This document shows, piece after piece, positions 29,856-42,131 of a stretch of 64,000 bases of DNA. The stretch lies in the NCBI GenBank assembly GCA_963790475.1, contig CAWBOS010000006.1, forward strand, positions 32,001-96,000, written 5' to 3'. Source of the DNA: an uncultured delta proteobacterium. Lineage in GTDB: Bacteria; Desulfobacterota; RBG-13-43-22. Under the pieces are notes generated by a model that saw nothing but the letters and a program-made list of their open reading frames with translations, was not told the DNA's origin and did not search any database. The position numbers and the translations under genes are program-made. Each line of letters opens with the position of its first letter. The first letter of the stretch is position 1.

Positions 29856-30672
29856 CTACCAATACCAGTCGGTACCAATACCCATTTCATTAATTACGGA
29901 CTTGACGCCCTTGGTCTGTTTTGCCATCTGAAGAATGGTGTCAAGAGTTTTTTGAGATCCGAGGCTCCCTTTTAAAGTTACCGTCCCTGAATCGGCGGTG
30001 ACTTGAATAGAGGCTATCCGGGTTCGTTCGTTTTTGGCCAGGGAGGCCCAAACCCGACTGCTAAGCAATGAGTCTTCAAAGGTCTTTTGTGATTCGGGAG
30101 TGGGTTTAAAATCAGCCAAATTGATCCGGCAAGTGATAACCTCGCAGGCGTCATCAATAGTCATATGCTCAATATTTAACACCATATCGTAAAGGGCTGG
30201 ATCCGCCCATTCCAAACCATACAAAAAATAGGTCCATCTACTTCTTTCTTTATCCACCTTTTCAATATAATCGATAGCCTCGATTCGTTTAAAGTTCATT
30301 TGTTTCATGGCCGCTTTGATCCGGAATTCTTTATCGGCTATAACCCGTACTCGTAGAAGATTGGAAATTCCGACCAGAAGCATATGTCCCGGCATACCCA
30401 TGATAAACCAGGTTCCCATCCTTTGCATGTTCCAGGATTGAGGCCGTCAGGCACTTCAGATAGGCAATGCGCGGACCTATGGCATGTTGCCAGATGGAAG
30501 GTGGATTTTTAACCGCCGAGGTGAGTTTTTCCATACTGATGCCATATTCCTTCGTCGCCTCCTCTATAGCTTCCTCACGTCCAAGTCTTGGATACCCCAG
30601 CCGATTTGCCAGTTGTTCGGCAAGGGCATTACCCCCGCTGAAAGTTCCTCGTGAAATGGTAATGATCGCCAT
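29856..30672 (-). pseudogene. Cytidylate-kinase-like protein with C-terminal BON domain, +1 frameshift near 30389
   Basis: MAIITISRGTFSGG...LGY, VYHG, RVRVIA, YDMVLN, GTVTLKG...GVKSVINEM; deleting one G restores GYAGHMLL (271 aa). Confidence 0.8.
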
Positions 30673-30737
30673 AGAAAACCTCCTGTCTATATAGTTAACG
30701 TATAAGATCCATCTTTCCTTTGTTCTTAGGGTACAAA

Positions 30738-32150
30738 TTAATCCGCCAGGTCCGAGACATCCCCTTTTCCGGTCTGGACTACCCCAAAATCCTTGGCCTG
30801 TTTTTTCACTTTTACCACAGGAACAAATTTTCGAATCAGCTCCTGTGTATCCCCTACTTGAAGCTGATCAAAATAAAAACCGAACTTGCTCTCGAGGGCC
30901 GTTCGAATAGCAATTCGAATTTCTTCCGGTAATCCCCACATTTCGGCCTTAAAAGGCCCCAAGCCTTTTTTGCGGGTGTTGTAAAGAAACTGTTCCTCGG
31001 TCTTGCCGGATTTCCATTCATCGGCATGCTTTGATTTCACATATTGATAAATATCTTGTTTTAATCCTCGGGGGAATTGGGGGTGGTCATAAATCATATT
31101 TTGAAATCCGGTGGCCAGGTGCACCTCAACCGCATCATTAACTACAAATTGGCTAAAAGCCTCATCCGGCAAGGTCGAGGCCCCATGCTGGACTGTTCCC
31201 CCCATCCCGTAGCCGGTCCTGGCCACTTTGGAGAGGTCTTTCAAGACCTTAAAATCAATGGCCACTTGGGCCAGGGTGCCGTCGGGAAGGACCACGCCTC
31301 CGTGACTCGTCCCGGTTTGTATGCTTATTTTGGAAAGACCGGGCACTCCAGCCGGCAGAGAATGCTTGAAGCCGTCCATAAAGGCCCGGAGTTCCGTTTC
31401 ATCACTGTTTTTACCCCCCACTTCTCCGATCTCTCCCCCAACGGAAATGGTGATCTCCTGGGGTTGATGCTTTCGAATAAAAGCCGTAAAACGGGCACAC
31501 ATTTCATAATTGGTCCGCTGCTGTTCGGAAACCGTGGCTTGAGCAAGGTCCACCAGCGTGGAGGTGTCAATGTCGATATTGTAAAAACCGGCCTGGATGG
31601 CCTCCAGAATCAGTTGCTCAATGGCCAGGGCTTCTCCTTCCGGTTTTTCCTTGAATTTTTTTTCACTGACCTGGAAATGGTCCCCCTGAATAAATAACGG
31701 TCCCTGAAATCCTTCCTTAATGGCCGCCGCCATGATTGAAGAAAAATATTCTGTGGGTCTTTGGGCCGTATAGCCCATTTCCGAGCGGGCAATCTCGAAA
31801 ATCAGAGCCCCGACTTTCCTTTGCACCGCAGCCTTAAAAGCAGCTCGGGCACAGTCAAAGGTCATGGCTCGAAGGTTGATGGCCGGGACCGTAAACCGTC
31901 GAGGGACTTCTCCTCTCCCTATCGCCAGATAAAATTCAAGGATGGAGGCCGGATAAATCCCCATGGCCTGCCCCATTTCCCAGATCAGCCAACAAGCCTG
32001 GGCTTGCTGATCGGTCTTTCCAAAGACCGCCAGGTGGATGAGTTGTTCTATGGCTTCTTCCCGGAGCTTTTTTTTATCTTGAATCGATACCCGGCCCTGG
32101 GGATCAATCTGGACACAATCGTTTAGAAATGCCAGAGCGGCGCTATTCAT
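30738..32150 (-). CDS. fba: Class II fructose-bisphosphate aldolase, long form
   Basis: VPAIN, QGDH, GGEIGEVGG, GTSHGG, QHGAST metal/substrate motifs. Confidence 0.8.
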   Translation of the reverse strand: MNSAALAFLNDCVQIDPQGRVSIQDKKKLREEAIEQLIHLAVFGKTDQQAQACWLIWEMGQAMGIYPASILEFYLAIGRGEVPRRFTVPAINLRAMTFDCARAAFKAAVQRKVGALIFEIARSEMGYTAQRPTEYFSSIMAAAIKEGFQGPLFIQGDHFQVSEKKFKEKPEGEALAIEQLILEAIQAGFYNIDIDTSTLVDLAQATVSEQQRTNYEMCARFTAFIRKHQPQEITISVGGEIGEVGGKNSDETELRAFMDGFKHSLPAGVPGLSKISIQTGTSHGGVVLPDGTLAQVAIDFKVLKDLSKVARTGYGMGGTVQHGASTLPDEAFSQFVVNDAVEVHLATGFQNMIYDHPQFPRGLKQDIYQYVKSKHADEWKSGKTEEQFLYNTRKKGLGPFKAEMWGLPEEIRIAIRTALESKFGFYFDQLQVGDTQELIRKFVPVVKVKKQAKDFGVVQTGKGDVSDLAD

Positions 32151-32392
32151 GGGGTCCCTCCTGAAGGCAGTGGTTATGGAAAAATGGTTGATCCTGGGTT
32201 TTTAATGATATCTTCGAAAATCCTTTTTTATAAGAAGTAGATCTATCCTAAGTTTTATAGAATTATTATACAACGCTTTCAAGAAAAAAAACATTTAAAT
32301 TGCCTCGGGGCTTTTCTACTCCGATCCTTCCTGTTCATTTCTTCAAAGAACGTCCCTTACAACCCAGAGACCATCTGTTCCAGGTTTTCTCC

Positions 32393-32421
32393 TTGACCCG
32401 GTCTTTTTCCAGTCATATACT
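32393..32421 (+). promoter_or_regulatory. Sigma-70 promoter
   Basis: TTGACC-17 bp-TATACT. Confidence 0.55.
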
Positions 32422-32464
32422 CATTCTGCTCAAGAAGAAGTCCCTATCCAATTAATTACGATTC

Positions 32465-32698
32465 ATGCCAGGCCGGTTAAACAACAACAAAAGCCCATTG
32501 CCGGAAGCGACCGCGGTTATGGTCCTTCGGTCAGGTAGCCGAGGATGGAGATATTGATCTGTCCCTGGTGGAAGAAGGTCTTAGTCTGACACCTTCGGGA
32601 AAAAAAGCCGGCCGACGACGACGCCTTGATTTTTGTTGAGTCATTGCGCGCTACTATGAAAAGAAAACATGTTTAATCTTGAACCTCACCAAATTTAA
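32465..32698 (+). pseudogene. Decayed small gene with an overlapping truncated downstream start
   Basis: Across frameshifts reads GDIDLSLVEEGLSLTPS...DDALIFVESLRATMKRKHV*; overlapping ATG 32669 gives MFNLEPHQI*. Confidence 0.35.
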
Positions 32699-32763
32699 GT
32701 CCTTCCACCCTCCCATCCTTCCTTGAAGGGGAGGGGGAACTTTTGAAAAAGGAGAAATCAATT

Positions 32764-33972
32764 ATGAAAAGTCCAAACGATATTGTCATTGTTTCCGCTG
32801 CCCGCACCCCCATTGGAAAATTCGGAGAGGCCTTTAAAACCATCCGGGCCCACCGGTTGGCCGCCACCGTGATCACCGAGGTCCTTAAGCGGGCCAATAT
32901 CACCGGAGACCAGTTGGATGATGTCATCCTGGGAGACTGCTGCCAGTGTGCGGATGAGGCCAATACGGCCCGTACCGCGGCCCTGAAAGCCGGCATCCCT
33001 TTCGAGGTGCCGGCCGTTACCGTTCAACGTCAGTGTTCCTCGGCCATGCAGGCTTTGGCCTTCGGAGTCCAGCAAATCAAGGCCGGGGATTCCCGAATGG
33101 TCCTGGCCGGCGGGGTGGAATCTATGAGTTCGGCCCCCTATCTGTTGATGACCGCCCGCTGGGGTCAGCGCTTAAACCACGGCCAGATGACCGATTCTTT
33201 ATGGGAGATGCTCCATTCCGGCAGCAACCTTCTGGAAAAAAACGGGTACATCATGGGGCAGACGGCCGAGAATCTGGCGGAAAAATACAACATCTCTCGG
33301 GAAGAACAGGATATTGTTTCCCTGCGCAGTCACAACAATGCCGAAGCGGCCATCAAGTCCGGCAAATTTAAAGATGAAATCATTCCGGTGCCCATTCCGC
33401 AAAAAAAAGGGGATCCTATCCTGGTAGACACCGATGAACATGTGCGCTATGGGTTGACCATGGGAGATCTTTCCCGATTGTCTCCGACCTTTAAAAAAGA
33501 CGGGACCGTTACCGCCGGTAATTCCTCCGGGCTTAACGATGGGGCTGCGGCGGTGATCATCACCTCTCGGGCTCACGCCCAGGCATCGGGACTCAAACCT
33601 ATGGCCCGGATTGTTGCCCAGGCCGTGGCCGGTGTCGATCCCAAGTTGATGGGCTATGGTCCGGTGCCGGCCACGGAAAAGTGCTTGGCCAAAGCCGGAA
33701 TGACGTTAAAGGATATTCAGCTTATTGAATTGAACGAAGCCTTTGCCGCTCAGTATCTGGCTTGTGAAAAAGGCTTAGGGTTAAATCGGGAGATCACCAA
33801 TGTCAACGGCAGCGGGATCGGTTTGGGACATCCGGTCGGGGCCACCGGTGTGCGGATCATCATCACCCTGATGTATGAAATGATCCGTCGAAACCTGACC
33901 ATCGGACTGGCAACTCTGTGTGTGGGCGGCGGGATGGGTATGACCACGATTATTGAGACTGAAAAGAATTGA
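32764..33972 (+). CDS. Acetyl-CoA C-acyltransferase (thiolase)
   Basis: [57 protein letters not shown]. Confidence 0.96.
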   Translation: MKSPNDIVIVSAARTPIGKFGEAFKTIRAHRLAATVITEVLKRANITGDQLDDVILGDCCQCADEANTARTAALKAGIPFEVPAVTVQRQCSSAMQALAFGVQQIKAGDSRMVLAGGVESMSSAPYLLMTARWGQRLNHGQMTDSLWEMLHSGSNLLEKNGYIMGQTAENLAEKYNISREEQDIVSLRSHNNAEAAIKSGKFKDEIIPVPIPQKKGDPILVDTDEHVRYGLTMGDLSRLSPTFKKDGTVTAGNSSGLNDGAAAVIITSRAHAQASGLKPMARIVAQAVAGVDPKLMGYGPVPATEKCLAKAGMTLKDIQLIELNEAFAAQYLACEKGLGLNREITNVNGSGIGLGHPVGATGVRIIITLMYEMIRRNLTIGLATLCVGGGMGMTTIIETEKN

Positions 33973-34111
33973 ACATTTTTCAGAGCTCTCCATTTTTCAG
34001 GCAGATTACTTACAGGAGATATTGCCTTTCCTTAGGGTACGGCCAATAGGAAAAAATCCCCCTCGGCAGCAGCCGGAACCGATATCTCCGGTAACTCTTT
34101 GGGGGTCATAA

Positions 34112-34152
34112 AATAATAAGGGCGGGTAAAAACACCCGCCCTTACTATTTTT
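34112..34152. terminator. Bidirectional intrinsic terminator
   Basis: TAAGGGCGGGT-aaaaac-ACCCGCCCTTA with AT-rich flanks between convergent genes. Confidence 0.7.
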
Positions 34153-34207
34153 AATCTGTCGCTAATATCTATCCGTCTTTCGCGAATCGCTGGAAAGAAA
34201 TAGAAGG

Positions 34208-35119
34208 TTATTGAAGTCCGGATGGTTCCTGGGGTTCTTTCATTCCTTTGAATTGTTTAAATTCATCCACCTGAGGATCATTAATAATGAACAGGCGTTT
34301 GGCTACCACAAAATTTCGGTTATAATAATCGGAGCCTTTCAGGTTGGAGATAACCACACCTTTTTTACTCGCCGAATGAATCATTCTCCCTTCGCCAATA
34401 TACATCCCGGTATGCCCGATTTGGGCCCCGCGATTACGCTTGAAAAATAATAGGTCCCCGATTTTCAACCGGCTCAAGTCCCATTCGGTGGTCACCAGAG
34501 ACCCCAACTTAGACTGTTCCCGGCTGGAGTGCGGCAGGGAAAGGGTAAGGGTCTGATAGATTTTTTTCATAAACCCGGAGCAATCAATCCCGTCATTGCC
34601 ATTCCCATTCCCACCCAGACGGTAGGATTTTCCAATCAGTTGTTCGGAGATCTTGACCAGCAGATTGGGAAAAGCCATTAAGGAATCATTGCTGGTTGCT
34701 TCGGATTTATTCTCTCCATCAAAAACCGGTTTTTTAATCAAGCTTAATGATTCGTTTCCCCGGTCACTATTTGATGATGAATCCATGGGCTCCAAGAGAA
34801 ATTTTCCGTTCTCCAGCGGTGTAATCTTGATTAAGGGGGGGGCATCCTGGGGTGTGTTAACGGGATTCTCATGCGCCACTTGCCTGGAATATCTTTTCCG
34901 GGCAAATTTTTTGCTTCTTTTTCTTTGGGCCGTTAAGGATTGCCTGGAATTTTTATGAGCCCTGATTTTGGTAGAGGCCGATTTTTTCTGGGTAACTTCT
35001 TTGGAAACAACAGGGTTTTTCTTTTTGACCAGATTCTTGGAAGATGCACCAAACACATGCCATGGAAACAACACCAGCAGTGCTATGGTAATAAAGAGTG
35101 CTCCTCTTTTTATTATCAT
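34208..35119 (-). CDS. NlpC/P60 (C40) peptidoglycan endopeptidase
   Basis: Signal peptide; YRLGG, GIDCSGF, LPHSSREQ, GDLLFF, HTGMYIG, HSAS. Confidence 0.92.
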   Translation of the reverse strand: MIIKRGALFITIALLVLFPWHVFGASSKNLVKKKNPVVSKEVTQKKSASTKIRAHKNSRQSLTAQRKRSKKFARKRYSRQVAHENPVNTPQDAPPLIKITPLENGKFLLEPMDSSSNSDRGNESLSLIKKPVFDGENKSEATSNDSLMAFPNLLVKISEQLIGKSYRLGGNGNGNDGIDCSGFMKKIYQTLTLSLPHSSREQSKLGSLVTTEWDLSRLKIGDLLFFKRNRGAQIGHTGMYIGEGRMIHSASKKGVVISNLKGSDYYNRNFVVAKRLFIINDPQVDEFKQFKGMKEPQEPSGLQ

Positions 35120-35182
35120 AGTCCGGTTTCCTTTATTTGAATGGTTGTGGTTGTGTCAATCGAATAAACCAGATTGATCTCG

Positions 35183-35211
35183 CTTATACTTCAAAAATTT
35201 TTCTTTGTCAA
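35183..35211 (-). promoter_or_regulatory. Sigma-70 promoter for the NlpC/P60 gene
   Basis: Minus strand TTGACA-17 bp-TATAAG. Confidence 0.55.
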
Positions 35212-35325
35212 CCTTTTTAACCACGGATTTTTTATGATTAAGACCCCAAGTCCCAGAAACCCGTATATCGTACTATATATTGCGGCCATGCCGAAGCATC
35301 ACCCAAGATCAAGGGGAATAATTTT

Positions 35326-37773
35326 TTATTCCGGATCCCCATTCTCCTCTTCCCGGGCGGCCGACCGGGCCACGCTGACCACCTTCTCCTGATCTTCCAG
35401 GTTGATCAATCGCACGCCTTGGGTATTTCTCCCGATCACTGAAATATCTTTGACCCGCAGACGAATAATTTTACCCCGATCGGTGATAATCATAAAATCG
35501 TCTTCATCGGTAACCTGCAATACTCCCACCACCGGCCCGTTTCTATCGGTGGTCTTAATGGTGATGATCCCCTTACCGGCCCGGCCCTGTTCCCGGTACT
35601 CTTCCGTCCGGGTCCGCTTGCCGAATCCATTTTCCGTAACGGTCATGATCGTCCCTTCTCGGGACAGGACTTCCACGCCCACGACCCAGTCGGCCGGGCT
35701 CAAACGGATACCTTTCACTCCCTGGGCCATTCTTCCCATCTCCCGGATATCTTTTTCTTTGAAGCGAATGGACAAGCCGTCCCGGGTTCCCAGAAAAATA
35801 TCCCGATCCCCACTGGTCACATCGGCGGCTATCAATTCATCCCCTTCCTGAATGTGGGTGGCAATAATACCGCCGGATCGGGGCCGGCTGAAGGACATCA
35901 AATCTGTCTTCTTGATCATCCCCTTGCGGGTCACCATGATCACCGATTTACCCTCTTCAAAGGAAGGTACGGTCAGGGTAGTGGCCACTTTTTCTTTGGG
36001 CTGAAGATTCAAAACATTGACCATGGCCTTGCCCCGGGCCAGTCGACCGGCCTGGGGAATCTCGTGGACCTTCAGCCAGTAGAGCCGCCCCAGATTGGTA
36101 AAGAACAAAAAGTAATCATGAGTGGAGGCTATAAAAAGATGTTCGACAAAATCATCTTCCTTGGTCTCCATACCGGTGATGCCCCGTCCTCCCCTTTTCT
36201 GACTGCGGTAGAGACTGACGGGGTTCCTTTTGATATAGCCGCTGTGGGAAATGGTCACCACCATATCCTCTTCCACAATCAGGTCTTCCAACTGGATCTC
36301 GGCGGTATCTTCAATAATCTCCGTGCGCCGATCATCCCCGTAGCGGTTTTTTATGTCGATCAATTCCTCCCGGATTAAATTCAGGATCAGGGCTTCGCTG
36401 GACAGTATTTGCTTCAGCCTTTCAATGGTCTTGATGATTTCCAGGTAATCCTGCTGAATCTTTTCCCGCTCCAGGTTGGTCAAGCGCTGCAGACGCATCT
36501 CTAAGATAGCCTGGGCCTGGGTTGCCGAAAAGGAAAAAGTACTGATGAGCTGAGACTTGGCCTCGGCCGGATTTTTAGCCTTGCGGATCAAGGCGATGAC
36601 CTCATCCAAGTGATCCAGGGCGATCTTCAACCCCTCCAGGATATGGGCCTTTCTTTCGGCTTCTTTTAATTCAAAGGCCGTTCTCTTACGAATGACTTCT
36701 TTTCGGAAATCGAGGAAAAGGACCAGCATGGTTTTTAAATCCATGATCCTGGGCCGGTTATTGACGATGGCCAGGAAGATGATCCCGAAAGTCACTTCCA
36801 TGGGAGTAAATTTATAAAGCTGATTTAGAATGACCTCGACGATTTCATCCTTTTTCAATTCTATGACGATCCTCATCCCCTCCCGGTCGGATTCATCACG
36901 GATATCCTGGATGCCCTCTATCTTTTTTTCTTTAACCAACTCGGCGATCTTTTCAATCAACTTGGCCTTATTGACCTGATAGGGTAACTCAGCAATAATG
37001 ATGCTTTCCCGGCTTTGCTGTTTTCTTTTCTCGATTAAAGCGCGGGCCCTCAGTTTGATAATTCCCCTCCCGGTTCGATAGGCCTGTTGAATACCATTCG
37101 TTCCATAAATAAACCCTGCTGTTGGAAAATCGGGCCCGGGGATCAGGCCGATCAATTTTTCGATGGGGAGGTCGGGATTATCAATTAGGGCCAAGAGTCC
37201 ATCGACGATTTCCCTTAAATTGTGGGGAGGGATATTGGTAGCCATACCCACGGCAATGCCCGATGAGCCATTTACCAGTAAATTGGGAATCCTGGTGGGT
37301 AAAATCGCCGGTTCGTCTAAGGAGCCGTCGTAATTAGGAATAAAATCGACCGTCTCTTTATCCAGGTCATCCAGGAATTCGTGGGCCAGCCGGGTCATGC
37401 GAATTTCGGTATAACGCATGGCCGCCGGCGAATCACCGTCCACGGAACCGAAGTTTCCCTGTCCGTCGACCAGGGGATAACGAAGGGAGAAATCTTGGGC
37501 CATCCTGACAATGGTGTCATAAATGGCTGCATCCCCGTGGGGATGATACTTACCCATCACATCTCCGACAATACGGGCTGATTTCTTATAGGGCTTGTTA
37601 TATTCATTGCCCATTTCCCTCATGCCAAAGAGGATCCGGCGATGAACCGGTTTTAATCCATCCCGGATATCGGGCAGGGCCCGTCCAATGATGACACTCA
37701 TGGCATAATCCATATAAGAGCGTTTGATCTCGTCTTCGATATTGGTTGGAAGTTCCTGAGAATCTAAGGTCAT
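35326..37773 (-). CDS. gyrA: DNA gyrase subunit A
   Basis: [22 protein letters not shown], GyrA-box QKRGGRG. Confidence 0.99.
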   Translation of the reverse strand: MTLDSQELPTNIEDEIKRSYMDYAMSVIIGRALPDIRDGLKPVHRRILFGMREMGNEYNKPYKKSARIVGDVMGKYHPHGDAAIYDTIVRMAQDFSLRYPLVDGQGNFGSVDGDSPAAMRYTEIRMTRLAHEFLDDLDKETVDFIPNYDGSLDEPAILPTRIPNLLVNGSSGIAVGMATNIPPHNLREIVDGLLALIDNPDLPIEKLIGLIPGPDFPTAGFIYGTNGIQQAYRTGRGIIKLRARALIEKRKQQSRESIIIAELPYQVNKAKLIEKIAELVKEKKIEGIQDIRDESDREGMRIVIELKKDEIVEVILNQLYKFTPMEVTFGIIFLAIVNNRPRIMDLKTMLVLFLDFRKEVIRKRTAFELKEAERKAHILEGLKIALDHLDEVIALIRKAKNPAEAKSQLISTFSFSATQAQAILEMRLQRLTNLEREKIQQDYLEIIKTIERLKQILSSEALILNLIREELIDIKNRYGDDRRTEIIEDTAEIQLEDLIVEEDMVVTISHSGYIKRNPVSLYRSQKRGGRGITGMETKEDDFVEHLFIASTHDYFLFFTNLGRLYWLKVHEIPQAGRLARGKAMVNVLNLQPKEKVATTLTVPSFEEGKSVIMVTRKGMIKKTDLMSFSRPRSGGIIATHIQEGDELIAADVTSGDRDIFLGTRDGLSIRFKEKDIREMGRMAQGVKGIRLSPADWVVGVEVLSREGTIMTVTENGFGKRTRTEEYREQGRAGKGIITIKTTDRNGPVVGVLQVTDEDDFMIITDRGKIIRLRVKDISVIGRNTQGVRLINLEDQEKVVSVARSAAREEENGDPE

Positions 37774-37787
37774 TAAAGGTCCTTGCT

Positions 37788-37943
37788 TAGAATCCAGAAG
37801 TCAGAATCCGGAATCCAGAAGAAAACGGTATCTCTTTTACCATTGTTACCCTTCTGAATTCTGGCTCCTTGTTCCAGGATTCCAATATTTCAAATGTATT
37901 AATTATAGTTGATTTCTATTGCCTATTGCCTAAAGCCTATTGG
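37788..37943. repeat. Degenerate 7-bp tandem arrays between gyrB and gyrA
   Basis: TAGAATC CAGAAGT CAGAATC CGGAATC CAGAAGA with an inverted counterpart at 37852-37883; CTATTGC CTATTGC CTAAAGC CTATTGG at 37916-37943. Confidence 0.65.
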
Positions 37944-37949
37944 CTGTTT

Positions 37950-40355
<2,406 letters not shown>

Positions 40356-40425
40356 CTAGACCGTGAATAATATTAATTTCCCTTAATACGGTCTGACTAA
40401 TGTTTTTTAGTTTTTATTTATTAAG

Positions 40426-40552
40426 TTATTCAAGAGAGTCTTGGATAACTCACAAATTCCTCGATTCCGGTTAAAGCCGGCAATCAGGATAAGTTGAAAA
40501 GACTGGATTCCGGCATTCCGCCGGAAAGACGACAAAAGACTTTTTAAGAGGC
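40426..40552. repeat. REP-like palindromic element, degenerate copy
   Basis: ATTCCGGTTAAAGCCGG...CTGGATTCCGGCATTCCGCCGGAAAGAC...GACTTTTTAAGAG resembles the 11859 and 44870 copies. Confidence 0.55.
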
Positions 40553-40562
40553 TAAAAGGGGA

Positions 40563-41702
40563 TTAAGGATTGTCCCCGGACTCATCCGTAAGCTTCATAG
40601 GCATGATCAGAGCCAGAAACCCCGGTTCTTTCTCTCCGCTTAATAAAGCGGGAGTAACCGATTCATTGAATTCCAGAATAACATTTTCGCTTTCCATAAC
40701 CTGAAGGGCGTCAATAAAAAACCGGGCATTGAATCCTACGACTAAATTACTCCCCTTATACTCCAGAGGTATACTTTCTTTGGCTTCACCAATCTCCGGA
40801 TTAACCGACAGGATTTCCAAATTACCTTTAGTCAGGGAAAATTTGACCCCTTTATATTTATCCGACGAGAGAACGCCCATCCTTTTCATGGTATCCATCA
40901 GATTATTTTTTGGAATAGTGACCACCTTTTCCTTTTTCTTCGGCAAGACCAAGGTATAATCAGGAAAATTGCTTTCTAATAATCTCATGATCATTAAGGT
41001 TTCCTCTTTTTTAAAAACGCCAAAGGACTCCTTAAATCCAATTTGTATCGGACCTGGTTTTTCCAAAATTTTTAATATTTCGGTTACGGCCTTTCGAGGT
41101 AACAGAACGCCTTTAGGAAAAACTCCCTCCCCTAACGGTTGAATTTCTTTATCCATAAGGGTTAACCGGCGACCATCGGTGGAAACCATTCGAAGAATAT
41201 TCTTTCCTTCTTTATCGATATATTCGAAGTAGATCCCCGATAAGTTATACCGTCCTTCATCCATTGATACAGATATAATGGTTTTTTGGATCATGTCCCC
41301 CAGCAAGGAACCGTCCAGAGTTATCATCTGTTTTAAATCGATATCCGGCAAGGGAGGGAAATCTATGGCTGGAAGACCGGAAATCGTAAACTGGGATCCT
41401 TGACAGGAGATAAAAAGCTTATTATTTTCCTTTAGTTTTATAAATATCTCTTCGTCCGGAAACTCCCGGATAATTTCAAAAAATTTTCGAGCTAAAATCG
41501 ATATACCACCGGCATTAATGATGGTTGCCGGACATTTTAACCGTATTCCCACTTGTAGATCAGTGGCTATAAGTTGAATGCCATCCCCATCGGTTTCGAT
41601 AAGGACATTGGAGAGAATGGGCATGGAACTTCTTTTTTCTATTATTCCCTGAACCATTTGTAGACCGTCGAAGAGGGATTGTTTTTGGATCGTCAATTCC
41701 AT
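40563..41702 (-). CDS. dnaN: DNA polymerase III beta clamp
   Basis: MPILSNVLI, ATDL, DFP, VSTDGRRL, LPRK, RLLESNFPDY, GFNARF, IMPM. Confidence 0.98.
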   Translation of the reverse strand: MELTIQKQSLFDGLQMVQGIIEKRSSMPILSNVLIETDGDGIQLIATDLQVGIRLKCPATIINAGGISILARKFFEIIREFPDEEIFIKLKENNKLFISCQGSQFTISGLPAIDFPPLPDIDLKQMITLDGSLLGDMIQKTIISVSMDEGRYNLSGIYFEYIDKEGKNILRMVSTDGRRLTLMDKEIQPLGEGVFPKGVLLPRKAVTEILKILEKPGPIQIGFKESFGVFKKEETLMIMRLLESNFPDYTLVLPKKKEKVVTIPKNNLMDTMKRMGVLSSDKYKGVKFSLTKGNLEILSVNPEIGEAKESIPLEYKGSNLVVGFNARFFIDALQVMESENVILEFNESVTPALLSGEKEPGFLALIMPMKLTDESGDNP

Positions 41703-42131
41703 AACGACATTCTCCTTTTTTCTTATATTATTTTTCTTTATAAATTATTAGTAAATGTATTAAGATGACTCAATACTGGAATAAGTAGTATAAGGTATAA
41801 AAATGATTATTAAAAATTACAAAAAATTAAATTAATAACTAATTTAATAAGCCTTGAAATAAGAAACAAAAAAAGATGCCCTTTATTAAAAATAGAAAGG
41901 CTTTTGGCCTGTTTTAGACTTACTATTCAATATCACTGTTTAATTAGGAAATATTAATATAATTTACTGATTCCTCAAAGAAACTTGTCTTTATACTATA
42001 TAAGACGGTATAGAAAAAAGCAACCTAAAAAAATTATTCAAAAGCTCCTTTGGGAATAAGTTTTCCTGCTTTTCTTAAAAGAAAAACAGGGCTCTTGAGG
42101 ACGATATCTGAAAGGGGAAAAATAATAAATT
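41703..42131. other. Candidate replication origin (AT-rich region upstream of dnaN)
   Basis: Visibly the most AT-rich long stretch; degenerate DnaA-box-like words (TTATTCAAA, TTATTCCCA, TTATTCCAG); trio-like run before the dnaN RBS; no perfect TTATCCACA seen. Confidence 0.5.

Noticed and set aside
34030-34110. Possible SRP RNA (GCAGCAGCCGGAA)
   Set aside because: Lacks the CAGG-x-CCGGAAGG-x-AGCAGC arrangement
37788-37943. CRISPR array
   Set aside because: 7-bp tandem units without spacers; no cas genes
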